A stretch of 64,000 bases of DNA from positions 28,308 through 92,307 of IMG/VR virus record IMGVR_UViG_3300028591_000150. The stretch is one strand, 5' to 3'. The stretch comes from a virus (lineage: Duplodnaviria; Caudoviricetes). Both the position numbers and the translations under genes were made by a program. Under the pieces are notes generated by a model. It was not told the origin of the DNA. It made no database searches and worked only from the letters and a program-made list of their open reading frames with translations. Below are positions 40,455 through 49,695 of this stretch, piece after piece; the stretch's first letter is position 1; the number at the start of each line of letters is the position of its first letter.

Positions 40455-41039
40455 TTACACTAATTCAAACTCGTATGCGAACACCCACGGATTGCGCTGC
40501 CATGTGCCACGTCCGCTGATGCGGTCGATAAGGTCTGCAAATAACATACGAGGGTCTGCGGAAAGATGAATCTTCCCGTTCTCATCAAATCGGTATGGCA
40601 TACCTTCTTCCATTTTCTTTATTCCCTCTCTCAGACAATCCTCTTCGCTGATGTCTTGCAACCGCTCCACGCGGATGTCGGTGATTCGGATGCGGTGGGG
40701 CATAAGGTCGGCGCGGACAAACATCTTGTTCGTCCAGCCGGGAGTGTAACGGAACTGCTTGACGTAGTAGTTGCCATAATCGTTGTCAGGGTCTTGCTTA
40801 ACGATAGACTTATACGACTGCGCCACTGCCACACCTTCGCCGATGCGGTAGATCGATTTTAAAGTTCCTGCATATTGGGAAGCCTCGAAAACATCCCCTG
40901 TCAATCGGTCATCAATGTCAAAATGCGAATCTATTTTTTCAACATTTCCTATGATGCGCCGCGTCATGGTCTTTCTCCCGTCAAGCACGGCCTGCGTGAG
41001 CCCAAACCGATCATTGAACATTATCTTCTTCATCGCCAA
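40455..41039 (-). CDS. ASCH/PUA-like phage protein
   Basis: AVLDGRKTMTRR..RVERLQDISEEDCLREG..NPWVFAYEF. Confidence 0.75.
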   Translation of the reverse strand: MAMKKIMFNDRFGLTQAVLDGRKTMTRRIIGNVEKIDSHFDIDDRLTGDVFEASQYAGTLKSIYRIGEGVAVAQSYKSIVKQDPDNDYGNYYVKQFRYTPGWTNKMFVRADLMPHRIRITDIRVERLQDISEEDCLREGIKKMEEGMPYRFDENGKIHLSADPRMLFADLIDRISGRGTWQRNPWVFAYEFELV

Positions 41040-41125
41040 ATGATTTATTTATTTTTTTTGCAGTAGCACTATTTCTTGTTTCAACGTGTAGAGCTCCTTG
41101 TCGTTAAAGGAGAAGTCTTGTGTGG

Positions 41126-41902
41126 TCATACGCTTAGTCCTAGTTCCTCCAAGTCCTCCGTGCTGGTGTATTTCTTGGCTATATCAATGTTCATTTCGAT
41201 GGCTTTCTTGCCGATTCGGTTGAGGAGATCCGCATCTGACAATTTACGGGATAGTACGGTTGCAGCGAGGCGGAGATTTGCGTCTTGATTTAGGTCAATA
41301 ACTTCGTTCATATCGTCTGTTTTTGCATGGATGTCGCAGAGCCGCTTCCACGTCTGAAGGGGTTGAGTGTACCGGCCTTTTATAAATATTGGTGCATAAT
41401 CGACTCCAAACTTTGCCTTAATGTCACGCATCAGTGAATCATATTGCCCTACTGCTAGTTCTGCACAAATCAGCCCACACTCCAATCGTGCCTTCAGTTC
41501 TGTATTTGTTTGGTGACGCTTGTCAAGCACCATCTTTACGGCATTATAGACGTTGAATATGTGTCTGCGGTATTCCTGCTCAGTTCCGTCGAGGTAGTCG
41601 AGCCACAGACTGAGCCTTTCGCCAAAGTTTGAGTTATGGACGGATTCGTACTCTTCCTGCCTTCTCACTGTTTCTTTGCAGAGCTGCTTTGTTTTCTGTT
41701 TGTAAAGTCCAGCCTTTTTAATGGCTTCTATTCCATCGCTTATGGCAAGTCTTGCAACCTCATTAGCTATGCCAATCAAGGTGTTTACCATCGTATTTGT
41801 GTGGTCGAATCCCTGAATAAAACGCTCCTCTGTTATTGTAGGGCAGTTCTGCATAACTTGCCTTGCGTACTGCTTCGAGTAGTATATCGGATTTGCAGAC
41901 AT
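41126..41902 (-). CDS. hypothetical protein
   Basis: 258-aa ORF. Confidence 0.7.
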   Translation of the reverse strand: MSANPIYYSKQYARQVMQNCPTITEERFIQGFDHTNTMVNTLIGIANEVARLAISDGIEAIKKAGLYKQKTKQLCKETVRRQEEYESVHNSNFGERLSLWLDYLDGTEQEYRRHIFNVYNAVKMVLDKRHQTNTELKARLECGLICAELAVGQYDSLMRDIKAKFGVDYAPIFIKGRYTQPLQTWKRLCDIHAKTDDMNEVIDLNQDANLRLAATVLSRKLSDADLLNRIGKKAIEMNIDIAKKYTSTEDLEELGLSV

Positions 41903-41903
41903 T

Positions 41904-42374
41904 TTATTTTGAGATTATGGGTTTGCTATTTATTGCATTATATATTTTCTCAACAATATGTTGGCATGATGGTTCTTCCCAAAGCCGTGCTACATTCCAT
42001 GAAATAGATTTTTTGGGAATCCAGTTTTCCAACTTTATAGAGTGGTGAGAAAGACGACCTTCCGTAGGTTTCAGTCCAAGGTCGTGAAGTTCACACAACC
42101 CATCGTGGAAAAACGTACACCATCCGCCATCAATGCGAGCCTGTACCATTTGCACAATATGAGTTGTACATCCCATAATAACGCCAGCTGCCCACTCGGT
42201 AGTAGTCAGTCTGTCGCCATAGCCAGCATCAATGAGACGCAAGATATCTTGTGGTGTGCCTAAGCAAGGGGCGTGGCATTGTGTTTGACACAATTTGCAT
42301 TTGCACTGTACAGGCTTACGTCCTGTCTTGCGTACTACATATTGTAATTGGCTTTCGCCGACTTTACATATCAT
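41904..42374 (-). CDS. Cys-cluster (YkgJ-like) protein
   Basis: CKCKLCQTQC..CTFF..LCELH..KPTEGR. Confidence 0.6.
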   Translation of the reverse strand: MICKVGESQLQYVVRKTGRKPVQCKCKLCQTQCHAPCLGTPQDILRLIDAGYGDRLTTTEWAAGVIMGCTTHIVQMVQARIDGGWCTFFHDGLCELHDLGLKPTEGRLSHHSIKLENWIPKKSISWNVARLWEEPSCQHIVEKIYNAINSKPIISK

Positions 42375-42795
42375 AATTTTGTGATTTAGAATGAGTTTTT
42401 GCACTTTGTGGAGCCTTTGGCCCGCCACTGCAGGCCATGCGACTGCTTTTAATGTGGATTGTTTGAGACGCCGCATTTTTCAGGCTCCAGAAAGTGCTTT
42501 ATCAGAAGCATTCCATATATGAATCTGATACGGGTCTTTGGTCTTTAAGCGTGAGTGTATATAGACGTGTAGGATTTGATCTATCCAGTATTTAGGGCAT
42601 ATTCTACTTTGATTTCTTCATAGGGTCAAACAAATCGCGTTCTTTTTCATCGCATTTGTCAATCCAAACGTACTTTTTACTGTTGTTTTGCAGGTAAATG
42701 TTCTGGCCGTCAAGGTACCGCTTGCAGTTCGAGCGAAGAAGACAATGGTTCCCGTTGCAGTAAGGGCTGTATGATTTAGCCATATTGCTTTGTCT

Positions 42796-43527
42796 TTAGA
42801 GAAGGAATAATCTAAGTGCTTGCCAAGTAAACCATGATGAACGCACGCAGTCGTAGAGTGCATCATGTGCATTTCGGCCAAATGACTCTGGCAGCTGCGG
42901 CAGGAGTTTGTAGGCCAACGTTGGATCTTTCAGCAAGTCTAACTTCGTATAAGGATGGTCCACATCGTCGCGTTCTAACCATTTAGCCGTGCATTCATAA
43001 ATTGCAGTGCGACAGTCGCGGAAATACTTATGGTGAAGTGCCATTGGCAGAAGCTTGTTGCATTTTGTACGCTCTGCGGCATAGCGCAGGATGGGGATAT
43101 CAAAGTCTGTTCCTTGGCACCAAATGCAGAAGTTCTCTGCATCGTGTTCTTTTAGTTGTCCACGAATCCATAAGTCTAAATTTTCGAGAGCATCGTTAAG
43201 TAACTCCTGGCTTTTCAACTCTGTCAATGCTGGATGATTAGAGACTGTAATATCATCCGCAACGGCGTGTTTTGCTTCGCGGCTCTGTTTTCCCCACCAG
43301 CCAGAAGTGTTCTGGTCGAAGTCCCATAGCCCCTCAACAAACTGAGAGTTCAGGTCAATGGTGTTGGCGAAGTGACATGTATCTTCCGGCACAGCAGCCT
43401 CATTGAAGAACATCTGACTTTCGTTCTTTGAAAGTCTGTCCCAAGCCACAGCCGCAATCTGCAGAATCGCTGCGTGTGAGGAAAGTGAACATGTTTCCAA
43501 ATCCAATGTAATATCCAATAGTCTCAT
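42796..43527 (-). CDS. DEDDh 3'-5' exonuclease
   Basis: LDLET, FDIPIL, RDCRT, HDALYD. Confidence 0.85.
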   Translation of the reverse strand: MRLLDITLDLETCSLSSHAAILQIAAVAWDRLSKNESQMFFNEAAVPEDTCHFANTIDLNSQFVEGLWDFDQNTSGWWGKQSREAKHAVADDITVSNHPALTELKSQELLNDALENLDLWIRGQLKEHDAENFCIWCQGTDFDIPILRYAAERTKCNKLLPMALHHKYFRDCRTAIYECTAKWLERDDVDHPYTKLDLLKDPTLAYKLLPQLPESFGRNAHDALYDCVRSSWFTWQALRLFLL

Positions 43528-43545
43528 AGTATATACATTTTATAA

Positions 43546-43857
43546 TTATACATAGTCATGTTCGGTCTTGTTGGTGATGTCCTTCAGGCGAAGTGAAGAA
43601 ATCAGCGTCTTGATTTCGGACATAGAGTAAAGCACAACTGCATTTTGAGCAACACCCGTCTTGACAGGTGTCAACAGATGTGCGTTAACCCACCGCTGCA
43701 ACATCGCAGGCTTGTAGCCCATTTTGGCGATGTATCGCTTCGCCTCGCCTTGCTTGATGTAGTCAGCATTCGGCTCGATGCTCTTGATATACGCCTGTAC
43801 ACCTGCATCAACCGCACGGCTTACTAAATCGAGCAAGTCCTTCATTTCGATGTTCAT
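43546..43857 (-). CDS. putative excisionase-like DNA-binding protein
   Basis: wHTH-like (EAKRYI..LQRWV..LYSMSEI); early in the operon divergent from the repressor. Confidence 0.5.
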   Translation of the reverse strand: MNIEMKDLLDLVSRAVDAGVQAYIKSIEPNADYIKQGEAKRYIAKMGYKPAMLQRWVNAHLLTPVKTGVAQNAVVLYSMSEIKTLISSLRLKDITNKTEHDYV

Positions 43858-43860
43858 CTC

Positions 43861-44088
43861 CTACAAGTTTAGAACCTTTTCGTCGCCCTCACGCAGTGCG
43901 TGAATTAACAGAATGTTTTTGCCGAAAAATTTTTGGCTCTCGTAGTCCGATACTCCATCCGGCATACCTGTTCGCTTCATTTGCGAAAGAAGTGATACAG
44001 CAGAGTGCATCTTGGCTGCATCCTCACACAGAAAAGGCTCGAATGCACCAGGCTTGATGTTCTTAATGTCTTCCTTTGTTACGTTCAT
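43861..44088 (-). CDS. hypothetical protein (Cro position)
   Basis: First gene divergent from repressor. Confidence 0.55.
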   Translation of the reverse strand: MNVTKEDIKNIKPGAFEPFLCEDAAKMHSAVSLLSQMKRTGMPDGVSDYESQKFFGKNILLIHALREGDEKVLNL

Positions 44089-44134
44089 TTGAGCTTGTTT
44101 GATTGATTGACTTTAGAATATTTTTAGCGCAAAG

Positions 44135-44166
44135 TTTGGTCGGTTCGGGATTTTTCCTTACCTTTG
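44135..44166 (+). promoter_or_regulatory. sigmaA-type promoter TTTG-N20-TACCTTTG
   Basis: Full Bacteroidetes consensus pointing toward repressor. Confidence 0.65.
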
Positions 44167-44247
44167 CATTGCTGATACTTAGGGCGATAGGCTAAAACCG
44201 TCGCCAACCTCTCTTTTGCGCCGTTCTTTATTGATTGATTGACGGTG

Positions 44248-44279
44248 CAAAATTAGAAAATATCCATTGATTACGCAAG
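44248..44279 (-). promoter_or_regulatory. lytic-operon promoter CTTG-N20-TAATTTTG
   Basis: Exact -7 element, one mismatch in -33. Confidence 0.55.
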
Positions 44280-44328
44280 AAAATCGTGGAAAAATTTTAT
44301 TTTTTGATATAAATTTAATATTTGCACC

Positions 44329-44676
44329 ATGAACGCAACAACAAGATTTAAGGCATATCTCGATGCTAAAGGCATCAGAAACGCACAAGCAGAAAGGGAT
44401 TGCGGACTGTCTAACGGACTTTTGGCAAGTGCCCTTCATAAGAACACTGCATTAGGCGGTGACAAATTAGAACAAATTCTAAATACCTACTCTGACCTTT
44501 CCGCAGAATGGCTACTGCGCGGAACTGGGGAAATGCTCATCGCAGACGGCATCAATCAGGAACAAATTTTTAGAGCTCTAAACATGCCGACAAACAGCGA
44601 CCAGATAATAGAGATATGGAAGGAGTTTATGGAATGCACTAAGAGGATGCAAGATCTATATAAACAATCCATGTAG
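44329..44676 (+). CDS. CI-like HTH repressor
   Basis: AERDCGLSNG HTH, LSAEWLLRGTGEM motif; divergent from lytic operon. Confidence 0.8.
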   Translation: MNATTRFKAYLDAKGIRNAQAERDCGLSNGLLASALHKNTALGGDKLEQILNTYSDLSAEWLLRGTGEMLIADGINQEQIFRALNMPTNSDQIIEIWKEFMECTKRMQDLYKQSM

Positions 44677-44704
44677 TCAATAAAAGTATAAATTATTCCG
44701 CGAA

Positions 44705-44975
44705 ATTTCCGTCAAACGCGGATAACAGAAATATTGAATATATAGTAAACAAAGGGAAACTGGCAAATATTACGGCATAGTTTCCGGTTCGGTAGCGTCC
44801 GAATTGGGAAACATCAAAAAAAAGAAACAGGAAAAACGCCGATGCGCCCGTAGTTTAATGGATAGAATAAAGGATTCCGGTTCCTTTGATAAGGGTTCGA
44901 TTCCCTTCGGGCGTACTTCACTTTTGGATGTAATTTCCACTTTTGAGCCTGTAAATTTCCGTCAGATTTCCGTCA
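44705..44975. mobile_element. putative attP: ATTTCCGTCA arm-type repeats flanking a tRNA core
   Basis: ATTTCCGTCA at 44705, 44955 and 44966, directly upstream of the integrase. Confidence 0.65.
44844..44915 (+). tRNA. tRNA-Arg(CCG)
   Basis: Acceptor GCGCCCG/CGGGCGT; anticodon arm AAGGA-TTCCGGT-TCCTT; T arm AAGGG-TTCGATT-CCCTT; no encoded CCA. Confidence 0.9.
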
Positions 44976-44987
44976 AATCTAAGGATT

Positions 44988-46181
44988 ATGGCAACAATTA
45001 CGATAGAGATTGGAAAAAAGAACAAGAAAAGGGTGCATCCCGTGTCTTTCCTGATATGCGAAGGGAGGACTAAGAAGCGCATCCCTACCGGAATTACCGT
45101 GTCGGACTCTGAGCTTACCACGAACGGAAAGAAGATTCGTGAGCCAGAAAAGGCGAAGCAGATAGAGAGGAAACGCCAAGAACTGCAGGAGCGCCTTGAT
45201 AGATTATCGTTGGAGATAATCGGGCAGAAGGAGATAGATGCAGGTGAAATTGTTGAACGGATTACCGAAAGTAAGGAAGAACTTGATTTCTTCATTTTTT
45301 CGGAAGAATGGATTGCGAAGTCACCTGTTAAAGACAAGAAGAATTACTTCTGCATGTTAAATTCACTGGAGCGTCATCTGGGATGTAGAGCGCTCCCATT
45401 CAATAAGATTACCTATAAGCTGTTAGATGACTATGGACTGACTTTGAGATGTAAACCACGCGCTCAGTCCCTATATCTTGGTCTCATACGCCACATTTAT
45501 CGAGAAGCAATGCGGCGCTACAACACAGACTTTGATACAGTTATACCCAATGACCCTTTTTTGCGGTACAGAGTACCAAAGCAGCAAATTAAAAAAGGGG
45601 TCCGAGCGCTGACCTTAGAACAGTTGATTTCCATCTATAACTATAAAGGCAAGGCTCATAGTCGTGCGCAACTTGCCCGAGACTGCTTCGTTCTTTCGTT
45701 CTGCCTGATGGGGATGAATAGCGTTGATATGTACGAGGCAAAGTGCATAAAAAACAATGTAATCAAGTATAATCGTGCAAAAACGCAGGACAGAAGAAGC
45801 GACAATGCCTATATCGAAGTGAAAGTCCATCCTGTTATAAGCGGCCTGATGAAATTATATAAAGGAAGAAGCAGAGTGTTTTCATTCTGTGAGCGATATG
45901 CTGATGCACCAGCATTTAATAAATCAATCAATATCGGGCTGAAAGAAATAGGCAAAGATATAGGTATTGACTGTCTTCAGTTTTACCAGGCACGCCACAC
46001 ATTTGCTACGTTGTCCCGTAACATGATGCACTTCTCCAAGAGCGACGTTGATGAAGCCTTAAATCACGTTGGATCCTATGACATTGCTGATATCTACATT
46101 GCAAAGGACTTTACAATTATCAACGAAAATAACTTCAAGCTGCTCGACAGGGTATTTGAAACAAAAAACAAGGAGGTGTAA
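44988..46181 (+). CDS. int: tyrosine integrase (Bacteroidetes type)
   Basis: N-terminal arm-binding domain, GMNSVD, RAKT, YQARHTFAT, ALNH, catalytic Tyr in ADIY. Confidence 0.9.
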   Translation: MATITIEIGKKNKKRVHPVSFLICEGRTKKRIPTGITVSDSELTTNGKKIREPEKAKQIERKRQELQERLDRLSLEIIGQKEIDAGEIVERITESKEELDFFIFSEEWIAKSPVKDKKNYFCMLNSLERHLGCRALPFNKITYKLLDDYGLTLRCKPRAQSLYLGLIRHIYREAMRRYNTDFDTVIPNDPFLRYRVPKQQIKKGVRALTLEQLISIYNYKGKAHSRAQLARDCFVLSFCLMGMNSVDMYEAKCIKNNVIKYNRAKTQDRRSDNAYIEVKVHPVISGLMKLYKGRSRVFSFCERYADAPAFNKSINIGLKEIGKDIGIDCLQFYQARHTFATLSRNMMHFSKSDVDEALNHVGSYDIADIYIAKDFTIINENNFKLLDRVFETKNKEV

Positions 46182-46182
46182 A

Positions 46183-46518
46183 ATGCTCGAATACAATTAC
46201 AACTTCCTACGAGAATGGATAGAACAGACCAGAACTACATATAAGGAAGTGATGCAGGCTGTTGGCAATAGTAGCAGTAGTAATCTACATGACTGGATTG
46301 GCGACGGACCTGCGCAAAAGAGGCAGGCGGATAAGGGAGAGCGAGTACGTCCTGTAGCAATGAACGTGGAGTCAATGATACGTTTCTGTAACCATTTTAA
46401 ATTGCCGATCGGCGTGTTTTTTCTGAAAGATGGCAAACCTCTGTCAGAAACAACCGAAAAGACTTGGCAACAACTCGACATGCGGCTCCGTGTCATAGAG
46501 GAATTATTGAAGATATAG
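46183..46518 (+). CDS. XRE-like HTH protein
   Basis: ATG 1 bp after int stop; MIRFCNHFKLPIGVFF; 3' end overlaps rep. Confidence 0.55.
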   Translation: MLEYNYNFLREWIEQTRTTYKEVMQAVGNSSSSNLHDWIGDGPAQKRQADKGERVRPVAMNVESMIRFCNHFKLPIGVFFLKDGKPLSETTEKTWQQLDMRLRVIEELLKI

Positions 46519-47776
46519 GCTCAGGGCGTTTCGGCACACTATACATCCAAGTGATATTATTGCCAAAGTGCTTCGTGAGCGTTGGCCTTACTAGTTCTCC
46601 AGACACATGCGGCTGCACAATCCATTGGTAGTCCTCGTAGCTATTCATCCGGAGCATAAGTGTATGCGTACTATCTTCCCACGACTCGAATGAAAGCGAT
46701 GATATGACGTGAATGCTGTAATCGCGAGTGCATTTCCCAAGCATATCGGCCTTGCATTGTTCCCAGCGATCAGCTGCTTCTTGCTTGCGAATAATAGTTT
46801 GCTTTGCCATGTCTTTAGCCTCTCCTGTTGCAGGTGTGTCTTTCTTTGTAAGTAGAGAATATCCGATGCCGAGGTCGGTGCTCATAATCGTAAACTCTAT
46901 GAAGTCAGGGTCGCCGCGCCTTCGTCCGTTCAGATAGACAGGCTCATACGAAAATGTGATGTCTGTATGGTTATCACGCGCCATCTGGTCGAGGTCGTCC
47001 TTCACGGCATCCAGCACCTTCGTCTTGAAGTGGGCGAACTTCTGATATGGTACCACCCACTCGCCCGTCGCATCATCCTTGAACGTTTCAAAGCCGAGAA
47101 AGTTCTTAATCTCCTGCACCGTCAGGCGGACGCGGGTGTGCCGCTCCCTACCCATCAGCTCTTGTAACTTGAAGTAGAGCCTTGGTGTGCTCCGCTTCGT
47201 GGCATATCGGGCAATCAGCTTCGGGTGATTGGCGTAGCCTTGACTCATGTCGAAGGCATACTGCGCCACGTCTTTGTTAATCTCCACTTCGATGTAACCG
47301 CTATGCCTCGCAGACTCCACGATAATCTCGCCCTGCTCGTCGCGCTTGCGGTAGTAGTCGCCCGTCCTCGGCACGCGGAACTTGGTGAACACAGGCGAGA
47401 AGATGGTATGTCCCGTCGGCTTGCCGTTCTCATCGAACTCCTGGTGCTCCACAAGCAGGTTCATTTCCTCTATGGCCTTACGCACCACCTTGTAATTGGC
47501 GGGGTCAATGTCCATATCTGCCAGGTTGATGCGGAACGGCGGGATGCCATGCTCCAAAAGATACTTCGTAAAGAGTGCCCTTGGTTTCGCCTCTGTGCTG
47601 TTCAGGTTCAGGTCGAAGAAGTTCTTCACATACTGCTGCAGGTGGTCCGACACCATAAGCATCGTGTCCTGTTGGAACAAAGTTAGCTTCGGCCCGAGCT
47701 TGATGTACGAGAACGGTGTCTTGATCCACACCTCCTGCCGTGCGCACTCCATCAACTGTTGCTTGTTTTCTTCCAT
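46493..47776 (-). CDS. plasmid-type replication initiator (Rep_3/RepB) with C-terminal DnaA_N-like domain
   Basis: PRLY..LTVQEIKNFLG..YQKFAHFKTKVLD..DITFSYE winged-helix pattern. Confidence 0.8.
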   Translation of the reverse strand: MEENKQQLMECARQEVWIKTPFSYIKLGPKLTLFQQDTMLMVSDHLQQYVKNFFDLNLNSTEAKPRALFTKYLLEHGIPPFRINLADMDIDPANYKVVRKAIEEMNLLVEHQEFDENGKPTGHTIFSPVFTKFRVPRTGDYYRKRDEQGEIIVESARHSGYIEVEINKDVAQYAFDMSQGYANHPKLIARYATKRSTPRLYFKLQELMGRERHTRVRLTVQEIKNFLGFETFKDDATGEWVVPYQKFAHFKTKVLDAVKDDLDQMARDNHTDITFSYEPVYLNGRRRGDPDFIEFTIMSTDLGIGYSLLTKKDTPATGEAKDMAKQTIIRKQEAADRWEQCKADMLGKCTRDYSIHVISSLSFESWEDSTHTLMLRMNSYEDYQWIVQPHVSGELVRPTLTKHFGNNITWMYSVPKRPEPISSIIPL

Positions 47777-47952
47777 AACTATTGAAATCTTCAATTCTGT
47801 TGTGCAAAATGCACGATTCTACTATAACATTGTTCACCTCGACACACCGCAAACCCTTTGTTTATCGCATTTTTCGCATTCTGTACTATACTCAACCATA
47901 CCCTTTTTAATTCTCTATATAAAGAGTAATTCTATATATAGTATATAAATAA

Positions 47953-48043
47953 GGTGTCCAAACATATAGTTGTATTCACCTTCTTATATAGTTTGTGGTG
48001 TCGGATATTATAGTTTACCTTTAGGTGTCCATTTATATAGTTT
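47953..48043. repeat. iteron-like repeats (putative plasmid origin)
   Basis: TATAGTT at 47965, 47987, 48009 (22-bp period) and 48036; three copies preceded by GGTGTC; adjacent AT-rich tract. Confidence 0.65.
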
Positions 48044-48494
48044 CGGACACTTCATTGCCCATCAGCAGACGTACTGCGGCTTCTTTTGATATGGGCTGAC
48101 CATAGTAGTGCCACGTCTTCTTATTGCTGTGCATAATGCGATCTGTGATGCGTTCAATGAGCATCCTCCGTTCATCATCTGTAGGCGTGTAGTAGCCCTG
48201 GTATTCGTCCGGCACACCATAGACAAAGTTCTCCTCATAGTCTTTCACATTGAAGTGACGCAAATGACACTCAACATAGATACTTCGATACCGCAGCCTA
48301 CAGAACAGCATCTTGTTCAGGAAGAACTTCACATGTCCATTGCCCAGCACGAACTTATTAGGTATCTGCTTAACACTTCCTGTCCTGATAGCTTCATACA
48401 AGCAGAACGGCAGCCTCTTAATTTCCCGATGCTCTGCAACCAAGTGTTCATCAGTTAGGCATCGTACATGAATGGCACTGTTAATTCTGGTCAT
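48033..48494 (-). CDS. denV: pyrimidine-dimer DNA glycosylase (T4 endonuclease V family)
   Basis: MTRIN..LTDEHLVAEHREI..FVLGNGHVKFF. Confidence 0.88.
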   Translation of the reverse strand: MTRINSAIHVRCLTDEHLVAEHREIKRLPFCLYEAIRTGSVKQIPNKFVLGNGHVKFFLNKMLFCRLRYRSIYVECHLRHFNVKDYEENFVYGVPDEYQGYYTPTDDERRMLIERITDRIMHSNKKTWHYYGQPISKEAAVRLLMGNEVSETI

Positions 48495-48498
48495 AACT

Positions 48499-48813
48499 TT
48501 AACTTTCAATTTTCTTTTTGCCCTCTTGTACGTCTAGCCACATATCTATGGCCTGCGCAACCAATGCAGCTATATTCTCTCCCCTTGTGAGCTTAATATC
48601 GTTCAAACGTCTGTATTGCGACATAGGTATATAGGTCTGTACACCCTTGGTCTGTTCTGTTGGCTTATCAACTATCGGTGGTTCATTTAGAGCATGTTTC
48701 TGCTCTTTTTTCTCGATGGCCTCGTAGCCATTTTCGATTTTTTCCTCTGTCTGCTTAATCAGCGGTGAGTTTCCGAAATTGAAAGGAGCCTTGTGATTGT
48801 TTTCGTTTGCCAT
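48499..48813 (-). CDS. ParA partner, ribbon-helix-helix (type Ib centromere-binding)
   Basis: Unstructured N-terminus plus C-terminal VQTYIP..RL..LVAQAIDMWL; downstream of parA. Confidence 0.65.
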   Translation of the reverse strand: MANENNHKAPFNFGNSPLIKQTEEKIENGYEAIEKKEQKHALNEPPIVDKPTEQTKGVQTYIPMSQYRRLNDIKLTRGENIAALVAQAIDMWLDVQEGKKKIES

Positions 48814-48828
48814 AATATTATTATTTTA

Positions 48829-48860
48829 AGTTATTAAGTAGTTATTAAGTAGTTATTAGG
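48829..48860. repeat. 11-bp tandem repeat AGTTATTAAGT (parS-like)
   Basis: Two exact copies plus a partial third, between parA and partner gene. Confidence 0.55.
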
Positions 48861-49677
48861 TAAATAGTTCCATACATAATTTTTCATAGTCTATACCTGG
48901 CGCAGAGTAGGGCCTGTACTGATAGATGTCCTTTGTCATTGTCTGCGATTCGTTCATCTTCACACTTCGCCTTATCTTTGTCCTGCATACATATCCTTTG
49001 TATGATCGCTCCAAATAATCAATGAATCCGCGAGCTATTTTTGGCCTTGCATCCACCATTGTCGGGAGCAAACCGCGAAGCTGCAGATTTTTGTTTAGTT
49101 CCGACTGAACTTCGCGCATGGCAAGGATAATATTCCCGAGCCCATTAACGCTAAGCCCTTCCATCTGAACAGGCACCAACAAACCAGTAGCAACAGCCAT
49201 AGCGTTGTATGTTGATTGGCTCAATGCGGGTGGGCAGTCTATCAGTACATAATCAAAACTTTCGATGATGTCTGTCAGTCCGATGCCCGTGTGGTCGTCT
49301 AACGGCAGGCAAAAGCACTTCTGTAACACCTTTTTCGGGTTCATCTGTCGGAACAAATCACTATCCACATCCTGCATCTCCATATCTCCTGGGACAAGAT
49401 ATACGCCTTCTCGATTAGTCTTATATACAGGCAAGTTAGTTCCTGTACGCATAGCGCTGTAAATGGTTGGTGTGGTAAAAAAATCATCGGACTGATTCCA
49501 TCCGTGTAGAATACTTAGGTGCATCTGAGGATCGAGGTCTATAACCAAAACACGCCATTCTTGGTGCTCGCGAACCATCGCAGCAGCTAGGTTCTGGACG
49601 GTAGTAGTCTTCCCTACCCCACCTTTGTTATTCACTATTGCCAACACTTCTTTCAGTCTTGTTTTGCTTGTTTCCAT
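48856..49677 (-). CDS. parA: ParA partition ATPase
   Basis: NKGGVGKTTT, IDLDPQ, LIDCPP. Confidence 0.92.
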   Translation of the reverse strand: METSKTRLKEVLAIVNNKGGVGKTTTVQNLAAAMVREHQEWRVLVIDLDPQMHLSILHGWNQSDDFFTTPTIYSAMRTGTNLPVYKTNREGVYLVPGDMEMQDVDSDLFRQMNPKKVLQKCFCLPLDDHTGIGLTDIIESFDYVLIDCPPALSQSTYNAMAVATGLLVPVQMEGLSVNGLGNIILAMREVQSELNKNLQLRGLLPTMVDARPKIARGFIDYLERSYKGYVCRTKIRRSVKMNESQTMTKDIYQYRPYSAPGIDYEKLCMELFT

Positions 49678-49695
49678 ATTTCTTCAATTATTGGT

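Noticed and set aside
44844-44915. tRNA as a junction between two different elements or with the host chromosome
   Set aside because: Phage genes, arm-type repeats and the same late-promoter motif occur on both sides.
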